Positions 48,545-57,400 of a DNA stretch of 64,000 bases are shown one piece after another. A model generated the notes under the pieces. It did not search any database. It saw only the letters and a program-made list of their open reading frames with translations, and was not told the DNA's origin. Source of the DNA: a virus (taxonomy: Duplodnaviria > Caudoviricetes); the IMG/VR virus record IMGVR_UViG_3300031466_000001, positions 32,001-96,000 of that record; one strand, 5' to 3'. The position numbers were made by a program, and so were the translations under genes. Numbering within the stretch: position 1 is the stretch's first letter; every line of letters begins with the position of its first letter.

Positions 48545-49984
48545 ATGAAAAAAACTATAACTGTACGCCATACATCTATCATAGTCACTAACTATGAGCT
48601 TGGTGAAAATAAAAATCTGGAAAATATGCTATCAATTTGGGACCCCATCTATTATAAGATGGACACCCCCGGATTTTTTTATAATGCTGAGAAGAAACAA
48701 CTTTATTTACCCAGAGGTATAGATTTAAATTATCTTGAAAGAGCTTTCGGCGTAAGATGTAAGATTAGCTATGAGCATGATCCCGTAGAACCTGCATCTT
48801 TTCGTCTTTTAAAAGAGCCTAGAAACGATATACAGCGTAAATCTATTTCATTCCTGTTGGGTGAAGGTGAGTTTAGATATGCGAAAAAATATTCCCAACA
48901 GGCTCTTGATTTGGATACCGGTGATGGGAAAACATATTGCGTAATTGCAGCTTTGACTTTCCTTAAAATGAAAGCGATTATTATAACTCCCAATGATAAT
49001 ATTAAGAAACAGTGGATAAAATCTATTATAAATATGACGGATTTAAAAGAACCTTTCATATTTAATATAAGCGGAAGTGATGCTATCAGGAAACTTCTCT
49101 CTATGAAGAAAATTCCTTATAAAGTATTTTTTGTTAACCACCAGACCATCCACAGCTTTGCTAAAAAAGAAGGATGGGATGCTGTTGGTGAATTCTTTGT
49201 AAAATTGGGTATTGGAGTGAAGGTTTATGATGAGGCACATTTCAACTTTGAAAACATGAATTACATCGACCTTCATACCAATACAAAGAAAACAATATAT
49301 CTTACTGCTAATTTCGAACGTTCACATTTCCGTGAAAATATAATTTTTGAAAGATGTTTTAAGAACGTCCCTAAATTCGGTAAAGAAATGGCAGATGAGA
49401 AGAGAAAGCATATCATAGCAGTTATTGTGAGATATAAAACACGTCCGGACATGGGCACTAAGGCCGCTGTTAAGGGTGTACATGGTTTTGACAGAAATAG
49501 ATATATCGACTATCAAATTGGACAAGAATTATTTTATAAAAAGATAATGGAAGTTCTCAATTTTATCGGAGATAAAGAAGGTAAAATAGTTATTTATTTA
49601 TCAAAAAACGATGCAATTGACACATTGTATGATTTTCTGATGGAGAATTATGATAAGAGAACCCCGATGAAATACAATTCGACAATAAGTCCAGAAGAAA
49701 AAGAAAAAGCTTTGAACTCTGAGTTAATTTTGACAACACCAAAGTCACTTGGTACAGGCTCAGATATTCCCGGACTGCGATTTATAATCAATACTGAGCA
49801 ATATACTTCACCTATTACAGCAAATCAAATGCAGGGAAGATTGCGGGAATATGCCAAAGATAAATTTACATTCTATTTTGATTTGGTTGATGTTGGTTTC
49901 CCTCAAACTGAGGGAATGTTAAGAAAGAGAATGAAAACGTTTAAAAAGAAATGTGCTCAGATTATTGAATTAAAACAAAAATAA
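48545..49984 (+). CDS. SF2 (UvsW-like) helicase
   Basis: LDTGDGKT, VYDEAH, LTAN, GTGSDIPGL, QMQGRLR. Confidence 0.9.
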   Translation: MKKTITVRHTSIIVTNYELGENKNLENMLSIWDPIYYKMDTPGFFYNAEKKQLYLPRGIDLNYLERAFGVRCKISYEHDPVEPASFRLLKEPRNDIQRKSISFLLGEGEFRYAKKYSQQALDLDTGDGKTYCVIAALTFLKMKAIIITPNDNIKKQWIKSIINMTDLKEPFIFNISGSDAIRKLLSMKKIPYKVFFVNHQTIHSFAKKEGWDAVGEFFVKLGIGVKVYDEAHFNFENMNYIDLHTNTKKTIYLTANFERSHFRENIIFERCFKNVPKFGKEMADEKRKHIIAVIVRYKTRPDMGTKAAVKGVHGFDRNRYIDYQIGQELFYKKIMEVLNFIGDKEGKIVIYLSKNDAIDTLYDFLMENYDKRTPMKYNSTISPEEKEKALNSELILTTPKSLGTGSDIPGLRFIINTEQYTSPITANQMQGRLREYAKDKFTFYFDLVDVGFPQTEGMLRKRMKTFKKKCAQIIELKQK

Positions 49985-50069
49985 TTAAAATACGGGGTTT
50001 ATCAAAACCCCGTATTTTAATTTATATATTATATTTTTGATATTAATAAATAATTAAGGAGGAATTAAA

Positions 50070-50822
50070 ATGACTGGACAACAATCGGCAACCGAAATGA
50101 AAAAACCGAAGCTTCTTTTCGGCCAAATTCGTGAAAGAGACGATGAATATGTTGACGAGGCTTTTGTTGTAATTAAATTGACGAATAACAGCTATGTTGC
50201 CGTCAAATTGTCTGATGATGGTGAACATGGTCCTATTCGTGAATGTGAACATTTTGAAGAAGTGTTTAAAGTTGTGAATAAACGAATTTTTGCAGAATAT
50301 TGCACCATTGAAGGTTTTATGGAAGCCTTCCCAAATTTACTGAAAAAGAGAGGGAATATAGTCGAACCAGCATTTTTCTCTCTATTCAATAAGATTGTAG
50401 AAAGTGTGCTTAATGATAAAGGTTCATTCAATCGGGGGAAAAATAATGAAAATGCTCAAATAGATGTCGATATCTATTCAGTTACCTTTCATTTGAAGGG
50501 TGAAGTCGTTGAGTGTTGGTATAACGACCGTAACAAAAATAAAACTGGAAATTCTGTAGAGATACCCCTCACTGTTTTCTTGGCAAACAACATTACCAAA
50601 GATGTGACAGAGAAAATCGTTGAAAATATGAAAAAGAAAAAATATTCTATGGCATCCTTTGGTAGGAGTAAGATGAGGAACGCTGATGACGATTTCTCCA
50701 ATGCAAGAAATGTTCATTGTCGAAAGACAAATAGGGTTTTATCTGAAAGAGAAGCAGAAAATGAATTTAGATTGCCTATAGTTGAGCCCAATACCGTTTC
50801 ATTATATGAATTCTTTTCGTAA
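50070..50822 (+). CDS. Hypothetical early protein
   Basis: RBS AAGGAGG; early promoter 50024-50032. Confidence 0.65.
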   Translation: MTGQQSATEMKKPKLLFGQIRERDDEYVDEAFVVIKLTNNSYVAVKLSDDGEHGPIRECEHFEEVFKVVNKRIFAEYCTIEGFMEAFPNLLKKRGNIVEPAFFSLFNKIVESVLNDKGSFNRGKNNENAQIDVDIYSVTFHLKGEVVECWYNDRNKNKTGNSVEIPLTVFLANNITKDVTEKIVENMKKKKYSMASFGRSKMRNADDDFSNARNVHCRKTNRVLSEREAENEFRLPIVEPNTVSLYEFFS

Positions 50823-50953
50823 GAATAATGTAAAGAGATAGTACAAAAAATATTTTATGATAAGGATATAGGATTTTTACCGTATCCTTTATTTTTTTAT
50901 TTATTATATCATAATAATGAAGATAATTAATAAAAAAATTAGGAGGTTAAAAA

Positions 50954-51180
50954 ATGGCTTTCAAAGGTTATAATACTATACAAGAATTACTGGAAAAGGA
51001 CAGGACTACACGGACGGAGAAATTATCAAAATATGGGAAGCAATTAAATACTGCTTAAAAGAAAAGTTGTATTCTTTGGATGAACCGTATGATACGGTAT
51101 ATTTCCCCGGTGTTACTATGGGTGATTGGGTGGAAGCGGTATATTGTGAAATGGAAAGAAGAAAATTAAAGGTCTCATGA
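50954..51180 (+). pseudogene. Small early gene with 1-nt frameshift (or -1 recoding)
   Basis: RBS AGGAGG; MAFKGYNTIQELLEK then the -1 frame GQDYTDGEIIKIWEAIK...LKVS*; junction GGAAAAG. Confidence 0.55.
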
Positions 51181-51237
51181 CCTTTTTTTTATTTCTATCT
51201 TTTATTTTTTTTTTCACTAAAAAATAATTAAATTAAA

Positions 51238-51249
51238 AACATAAAGGTA
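51238..51249 (+). promoter_or_regulatory. Late promoter AACA-N6-TA with no downstream ORF
   Basis: AACA taaagg TA. Confidence 0.7.
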
Positions 51250-51317
51250 ATTATCCCAACCCATCCCCAACCCCCCTCAAAGCGGATGCACTCAAATGTG
51301 CATCCGCAATTTTTTTT
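51249..51317 (+). ncRNA. Predicted ~69-nt C-rich late small RNA
   Basis: Late promoter, single-stranded C-rich body (ATCCCAACCC ATCCCCAACCCCCC), then 10-bp hairpin GCGGATGCAC/GTGCATCCGC plus T8. Confidence 0.6.
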
Positions 51318-51348
51318 GTTAAAAAGGTATATTTTTGGAATATAAATT

Positions 51349-51357
51349 ATATATTAT
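51349..51357 (+). promoter_or_regulatory. Early promoter motif ATATATTAT facing the GC-rich insert
   Basis: Exact motif; no RBS-led ORF follows on the + strand. Confidence 0.55.
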
Positions 51358-51377
51358 ATTTTTGGAAATACTTATTT

Positions 51378-52052
51378 GGTATAAAGTCCTGCGGCTCGTA
51401 GGGCCGACGGCGCCGCTTTTGGTCGCGGTTCGCATTCGCAACCGTCGACGCGATGAGGCCAGCGCGCGCCCAGCCCTCAAGGCTAAAGTGCGGATCGCTG
51501 ATCAGACCGCCGAGATCGCCGCTGCCGAATTGATCCACGAACCACTTCGGCGCCGGCACGTGCTCAGTCAGCGATTCGGCGATTGCTATTTTCTTCGAAT
51601 CAATTTAGTGTTCTTATCCCAATTTTCCATTTGCTTTTTTATAGAATCAAAACGTTCATCCTGTTCTTTTGAAAACTTTTCGAATTTCTCAATATCATCC
51701 ATAACTTTCTTGTGCACAAACCCTATGAATTGTTTGGTTTTAGAGAACATGCGAAATGCCTCCTTTTTCTGAACTTTATTATACGCAAAAAGTATTAATT
51801 ATACCACTGTCAAACAACCCCGCCCAGCCACACGGCCAGGCGGGGTTTCTTCCCGTTCACTTCCCGATGATGTTTTTCGTTCCACTCCAAAGCCCCATCG
51901 CGCTGAACGCCATGACAAAACCGGCCAGTACAGCGTATTTCGGATCGTCCGGCGCCACGTACACGAACTCGGCGATCTGGTCAGTCGCGCGGATCAGGTT
52001 TCGATGCACCGCCTCCGCGAGCTTCACAGCGGCCGCCGGGCGGGTGGTGTAT
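51378..52052 (-). mobile_element. Foreign GC-rich mosaic of temperate-phage fragments
   Basis: Abrupt GC rise. Minus-strand pieces: amidase-like ~51983-52051, holin C-terminus 51857-~51982, terminator 51815-51851, 54-aa gene, lysin C-terminal-like ~51468-51585, tail-chaperone-like ~51378-51468. Confidence 0.7.
51586..51750 (-). CDS. 54-aa moron-like protein inside the foreign insert
   Basis: RBS AAAGGAGG; MFSKTKQFIGFVHKKVMDDIEKFEKFSKEQDERFDSIKKQMENWDKNTKLIRRK*; host-type TGnTATAAT upstream. Confidence 0.7.
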   Translation of the reverse strand: MFSKTKQFIGFVHKKVMDDIEKFEKFSKEQDERFDSIKKQMENWDKNTKLIRRK

Positions 52053-52073
52053 ACTATTAGTCCAAATTAGTAA

Positions 52074-52112
52074 AAAATAAAGGGATGGTTAATATACCAT
52101 CCTTTATTTTTT
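52074..52112. terminator. Bidirectional terminator
   Basis: AAAAATAAAGGGATGGT/ACCATCCTTTATTTTT near-perfect inverted repeat. Confidence 0.8.
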
Positions 52113-52563
52113 ATGTTAGCCGCATTTTATTCTTATACATAAATTCTTTTCTTACAAAATAACTATGTTCCTGAAGTTTATTTCGAATATCTTCAGGTAT
52201 AGCTTGGTTTTTACTGACCATTTCATAAACAGCAATGATAGTATCAAACATAACATTTGCCGCTTCAAATGCTTCCTTAGAAGTATAATTTCTATCTGCA
52301 TCGGCTATAAAATATTTAAATAACGAATCTTTTTCCAAAACATCTAATGCAAAACTATAGCTAACGGGATTTGTATTTAATTGAATACAAATTTCAGCAA
52401 CTTCATCTACAAATTCATTTAATTTTTTTGCATACTCGTCAAATACTGAATGTGTAGGATCAAAATCCGTTCCGGTCACTTTCCAATGAAGAACCTTCAT
52501 GTTGTGAGCGTACACGACAAGTACAGACAAAAGACGTTGAATTGGATTAAACATTTTTTTCAT
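52111..52563 (-). CDS. dps: Dps/ferritin-like protein
   Basis: LHWKVTGTDFDPTH...VDEVAE ferroxidase motifs. Confidence 0.8.
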   Translation of the reverse strand: MKKMFNPIQRLLSVLVVYAHNMKVLHWKVTGTDFDPTHSVFDEYAKKLNEFVDEVAEICIQLNTNPVSYSFALDVLEKDSLFKYFIADADRNYTSKEAFEAANVMFDTIIAVYEMVSKNQAIPEDIRNKLQEHSYFVRKEFMYKNKMRLT

Positions 52564-52574
52564 CCTCCATTTTA

Positions 52575-53300
52575 TTATGCAATTACAAATTGATCCACGT
52601 CAAGATGGAATACATCTTTCCATCTCTCGATGAGATCTTTTCTTTCGCTTTCAGCATTCGACCATTCATCAATCTTCAAACTAAAGTTACCGTATGCCGT
52701 TTGAATATCAGTATAATGCTTCATTGCATTATATAAAAATATCTTTACGTCAAGAAGGGCTAATTCATAGAAAGATTGCCAAGTCGAATTAGAAATAGAT
52801 GCGAAATTGTCTAGATGTTGTAATGCAAATTCAATCTTAAGTTCATCTGCAATGGTAGTTAAATTATATAAGTATAAGAGATTGGGATGTCTAAATTTGA
52901 ATGTGAAAGAAGGAGTCGAAATAGATTGAAGGTTTGCATATGCTTGAGTTAACATGAGATCATTATATGCGTAATAGTCTGCTGTTAATTCGGGACTAAA
53001 GTATCCATTTCCGAGCATTTTATTACGCGGAGTAATCTTTCTAATATAAAGAATTTTATTGTCGCCAAAAATATCAGGTAATTCATAGATAGATTCTTGA
53101 TAGTCGGTCTTTAGTGCTCTCATTTCCTTCAAATTCATATCCACTTCAAGTATATACGGAGAATAAGTGCTAAAAACAGGGAGAGTTTTTATTCTAAGAA
53201 CATTGATGATGGCTTCATCTTCTTTTTCAAACGGAATCACCAATCCGTAAATTCCTAAATCAATTTTTATAGACGTTAAAAGGTCACTTGTGTTGAGCAT
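52575..53300 (-). CDS. Probable neck protein (T4 gp13-like)
   Basis: 'LLTSIKIDLG' N-terminus; next to the prohead protease; late promoter 53327-53338. Confidence 0.5.
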   Translation of the reverse strand: MLNTSDLLTSIKIDLGIYGLVIPFEKEDEAIINVLRIKTLPVFSTYSPYILEVDMNLKEMRALKTDYQESIYELPDIFGDNKILYIRKITPRNKMLGNGYFSPELTADYYAYNDLMLTQAYANLQSISTPSFTFKFRHPNLLYLYNLTTIADELKIEFALQHLDNFASISNSTWQSFYELALLDVKIFLYNAMKHYTDIQTAYGNFSLKIDEWSNAESERKDLIERWKDVFHLDVDQFVIA

Positions 53301-53413
53301 TTTTATCACTCCTAAGCACAATATATTACTTATCTGTTACTAAAAACAGCTATTAAAGGAAAAGAGATATAAATAATACCTAGTTACCGTCTGGCAACTA
53401 GGTATTATTTTTT

Positions 53414-54253
53414 TTACAGTTTACTCATGAACGAACGAATATCTTGTTTGATACGATCTTCGATTTTAACTACGAAAGTACGGTTACCTTCACGGACGAT
53501 AACGTTCTTAAAATCCTTAGAGACTTCCATGGACTCCATTGCTACTTCATATACATTGGAGACAGCACGCAGGTTCTTGGATTCCATTTTAATGAAGTCT
53601 TTGATCTGAGACTCATTTACAGGTATGAGAGTACCTTCGGATACAATATTGGTGCCACTATTGAACGACTTAACGATTTTTTGAATTGGTTTACTTTTAT
53701 CACGATAAGCCTCAGGATGGCTAGGAAGAATAACCCAGTCGTAACATACGATATGGCAACGAGATTGCATTACCGCACTACCGTCTTGGAATTTGGTCAA
53801 CTGAGCAAGGGCTCTAAGACTAAACGCCGGTTCCATTCCCTGAAGAATCATCCGGGTAAATTTAGATCCGGGACCATTATCGTCAAATGTATCAATGTTA
53901 CCCATCAATACATTGTCGCCTTTATACCAGAATTTATTAATCCTATGAGAAACGTTGTTAGGGTCAATGGTGAGAATTCGTTTGACATCATCGCTCATAG
54001 GATGACCTGCTTCCCCACACCATGTGCGATTTTCGATAAGTTCGGAAATGTGAGGAGCCGACAAAGAGGCTTTCATAGGAGCGGATCGATATTCGCGGCG
54101 GTTTCTATTTTGACGGTCGAAAACTTGGAGAACAGTATCAAAATTAACGTAGAAAAGACCGTTTTTATCAACGACTTGTACGTTTTGAGGCTTAACAGGA
54201 TCAGATGCGGCCTCCATAATGAGGTACGCTACTACCTCACCTCTATTTACCAT
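53414..54253 (-). CDS. Prohead protease (T4 gp21-like)
   Basis: NRNRREY, GEAGHP, AFSLRA, YDWVILPSH; late promoter 54287-54298. Confidence 0.85.
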   Translation of the reverse strand: MVNRGEVVAYLIMEAASDPVKPQNVQVVDKNGLFYVNFDTVLQVFDRQNRNRREYRSAPMKASLSAPHISELIENRTWCGEAGHPMSDDVKRILTIDPNNVSHRINKFWYKGDNVLMGNIDTFDDNGPGSKFTRMILQGMEPAFSLRALAQLTKFQDGSAVMQSRCHIVCYDWVILPSHPEAYRDKSKPIQKIVKSFNSGTNIVSEGTLIPVNESQIKDFIKMESKNLRAVSNVYEVAMESMEVSKDFKNVIVREGNRTFVVKIEDRIKQDIRSFMSKL

Positions 54254-54383
54254 ATTTATTCACTCCCGACTTTCTTGTATTTTTATTATTTAAATGTTGA
54301 TATTTGAGGACTATACCTGATCTTTATTTTTTGGAAAAATCAACAAATACTTAAAAATAACACGAAAGGAAGAGAATGAGTAT

Positions 54384-56630
54384 ATGGGAGATAAAATGTT
54401 CCAACCCGCCAATCATAGCGTTTCATCTGTCCCTACAGGAAATCGTGCGGTTTCCATTAAAGAAGCATTTGAGACATTGAAAAAAGATTATAGTCCTTTA
54501 AAGGTCATAGAATTTATGGATATTGTAAAATCCAAGAATCTTAATGAGGTTCTTGAAAATGCTAAGTTTATATTTTCCGAACCTACAGTCGGTCACAAGT
54601 TTATTTCAAATGTTATTAAAACCTGCGAAATCCCGACAGAAAAACTTGTTTATCTCCAAGAAAAAATGAACCACTTCTACAATAATGCATTAAAAGGCGG
54701 CTATAATAATAAAGAGCATCTTGAAAGTATAAAAGAATCGCTCAATTATTTAGACCAGATTTTGATCGATAAAGATACTGAAAAGTACATCGCAAACGAA
54801 ACCATTTATGAAATTTACAAACAGTATCTTCCCAGACAAACCCTGACAGGAAATTCTGTTTCTGACGAATTGGATATCATTGTGTTTAATATTGGTGAAT
54901 CTCCGTCGATCGTAATCCCCTATGCAAAAGGATTAGAAGAAATTAGATGTGCAGATGATTTCCTGCGCAATGATCCATCGGCAATTATTATTAAAAATAC
55001 ATCGGTTGTTCTTAATATCCCTAATAATTTAAAGGATGAATACAAAAACCATATTGAGAAACTCATCAATCTTCCTGTAAAAATTGCTGATATGTTCCAT
55101 GAGGCTGAAAATGAAAAATATTGCAATAATGCTACGATTGAAAGTGTTAAAGCTGTAATGAAAGTTCAGCTTCAGAGGATTGATATTGCTCTCGGACAAG
55201 GAGTAGGAGTTGTAGAATTCCTTAACCAATATGCTGAAAAATTGAAAGAAGCTATCGGAAAGCTTTGTGAGCTTTCTGAGAAGAAGCTTCAAGTAATGAA
55301 AGAGGGTTTCGATGGTCTGATAGCAAGTTTTGCTGCAGATGGTATTTATGAAGACCTCTTCCCGGATGAATTGGATGAATATGATAATTTGGATGAAGAA
55401 GATGAGGATATCGAAGAAGAAATCGAGGACTGTGAAGATGATGACGAGGAAGAAGAAAATAAAATTGACTTTAGATTGATGGAACAATCTTTTGCGATTC
55501 AGTTCGTTAAAGCTTTCTTCAATGACAATGAAGAGATAAATCTGGAAGCATTTAATAAAATGATCGATATTGCAAATCTTTACGAATTGGTACTGGAAGC
55601 AGCTGAAAAGAAGAAAAGTTTAATTCTACATTCCCTTAATTTACGGAGATATAATTTTACTCCGGGCCAATGGTTGATTTATCTTCTTCTTACTGATCCC
55701 ATTAATTTCTATATGACATATACTGCATTTGCGAAAGATAAAAAGGGAAGTTCTTTTTACAAAGAAGTCAATAAAGTATATTATGAATTTAAAAAAGAAT
55801 GTAAAAAGGCGAAAACAAAAGAAGAAATTGGAAAGAAAATTGCCGAATGTGATAAGCTGATTAGTAAGTTGGAATCTGGTAAGGAAAAAATTGCACAAAA
55901 AGTGGGACCTGATTCGATGGGTCGTATAAAAGAAGGATCAATTCCTTATAAATTTAGAATGGATGCAATTGATACTACCTTGATCAAACTTAAAAACCTT
56001 AGAATTGATCTTAAGAAAAAGCTGGAAACGGTTAAAGAGTCGTTTGAACCTGATATCAATATTTCGTTTGACGATATCGACGCAATGTATGACGATAAAA
56101 TCTTTGAAGCGGAAATTATCCGAAAAGCAGCGATTGCTGCCGATAAAGGAACAAGAAAAATTATCCATGGCATACGTCGTAAAAATTTAAATAGAAAACG
56201 TATAACAGCTATTGCGAAACGTGTTCCGCAACGCATTGATAGAATGACTGACACCGTTATTAACAGCCTTGTAAAACTTGATCGTGAAGAACGACGTAAG
56301 CGTATTATCGAAGGCGGTTATAAACTTAGACTTTTTAAACTTATTAGGAAAGCAGCCATGACGGGGGCTCTTGCTTTTATTCATCCTGCCATTGCAGCAG
56401 TAGGTCTTATCGCAAGTATTGCTCGTGATAGAAAATTAGATAAAAGGGTCCGTATGCGTATTGTGGATGAACTCGAAGCCGAATTAACCATTGTTAATGA
56501 AAAAATTGAAGATGCAAAAGCTGCCAATGAGCGTCAGAAAAAGTATCAGTTGATGAGACTTAAAAATAAACTTGAACGGGACATTGTTCGAATTCGTTAT
56601 AATATTAAGGATATGGAGGAAAATCTATGA
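54384..56630 (+). CDS. Probable head/core protein
   Basis: Late promoter 54342-54353; several I/L/V-x-E sites; acidic centre and basic C-terminal domain with hydrophobic segment. Confidence 0.55.
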   Translation: MGDKMFQPANHSVSSVPTGNRAVSIKEAFETLKKDYSPLKVIEFMDIVKSKNLNEVLENAKFIFSEPTVGHKFISNVIKTCEIPTEKLVYLQEKMNHFYNNALKGGYNNKEHLESIKESLNYLDQILIDKDTEKYIANETIYEIYKQYLPRQTLTGNSVSDELDIIVFNIGESPSIVIPYAKGLEEIRCADDFLRNDPSAIIIKNTSVVLNIPNNLKDEYKNHIEKLINLPVKIADMFHEAENEKYCNNATIESVKAVMKVQLQRIDIALGQGVGVVEFLNQYAEKLKEAIGKLCELSEKKLQVMKEGFDGLIASFAADGIYEDLFPDELDEYDNLDEEDEDIEEEIEDCEDDDEEEENKIDFRLMEQSFAIQFVKAFFNDNEEINLEAFNKMIDIANLYELVLEAAEKKKSLILHSLNLRRYNFTPGQWLIYLLLTDPINFYMTYTAFAKDKKGSSFYKEVNKVYYEFKKECKKAKTKEEIGKKIAECDKLISKLESGKEKIAQKVGPDSMGRIKEGSIPYKFRMDAIDTTLIKLKNLRIDLKKKLETVKESFEPDINISFDDIDAMYDDKIFEAEIIRKAAIAADKGTRKIIHGIRRKNLNRKRITAIAKRVPQRIDRMTDTVINSLVKLDREERRKRIIEGGYKLRLFKLIRKAAMTGALAFIHPAIAAVGLIASIARDRKLDKRVRMRIVDELEAELTIVNEKIEDAKAANERQKKYQLMRLKNKLERDIVRIRYNIKDMEENL

Positions 56631-57400
56631 CTGATTTTATAGATATTCTTTTGGAAGCGAGAGGTGGAAGAACTAGACCTAGAAGAAGAGTAATCAAAGT
56701 TAACACCGATGAACAAAATGTGACTGATTACAGTGAAGAAGTAAATGAAGAAGAAATTGAAAATGAACAAGATGGACAAGAAGATCAAAACGAAGACAAT
56801 GAAGATATCGATCAAGATGAAGAACCTATCGACTATACAGAAGAAGAATCTGAGCTTAATCCCGAAGACAATCAAGAAGACGAAGATTCTGATAACGAAG
56901 AAACAACCGGTGATGAAGACGGTGAGACCGAATCGGGTGGTTCCGATGAAGATGGGTCAACTGACTACACTGAGGAGACATCTGATGGAGATAATGATGT
57001 AGGGGACGAAGTTGATAATTTTGGAGAAGACGAAACTGAAGCCGATGAAGGGGGTGGCTCCGGTGAAAATTCAGAAGAAAATAATGAAAACGATGATGAG
57101 AAGACGAATAAACGTCTTCTGTTAGCAGATTTTACAACTTTCTATAATTTGAATAGAAATGTTATACGAAAATTATCTTCGACAAATAAACCAGATGTTT
57201 TGATTAATAAAATCATTAACCAAGTGAAAATTAATTTGATCAAACTTGATGGTTTACTTTTTGATTACATTGTATACCAATTTCCAAAGGAGAGTTATGT
57301 TAATAATCTCTATAAATATAATAGTTTCATCGAAGCTTTTAGATTGAATGCTGAGATGCTTAAAAAAATAAGGGTTTTGACTGACAATGATAAAACATAA
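56627..57400 (+). CDS. Highly acidic head protein (scaffold-like)
   Basis: ILLE/A N-terminus, D/E-rich region with repeated DY(S/T)EE, directly before the capsid gene. Confidence 0.55.
   Translation: MTDFIDILLEARGGRTRPRRRVIKVNTDEQNVTDYSEEVNEEEIENEQDGQEDQNEDNEDIDQDEEPIDYTEEESELNPEDNQEDEDSDNEETTGDEDGETESGGSDEDGSTDYTEETSDGDNDVGDEVDNFGEDETEADEGGGSGENSEENNENDDEKTNKRLLLADFTTFYNLNRNVIRKLSSTNKPDVLINKIINQVKINLIKLDGLLFDYIVYQFPKESYVNNLYKYNSFIEAFRLNAEMLKKIRVLTDNDKT

Noticed and set aside
51378-52052. CRISPR array or IS element
   Set aside because: No direct repeats, terminal inverted repeats, transposase or cas genes
51335-52070. Track ORFs 51335..51772, 51347..51559 and 51756..52070 as real genes
   Set aside because: No RBS; they are antisense reads or in-frame joins of foreign fragments
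56627-57100. D/E-rich low-complexity DNA as a repeat element
   Set aside because: Coding sequence of an acidic protein; no nucleotide-level tandem unit
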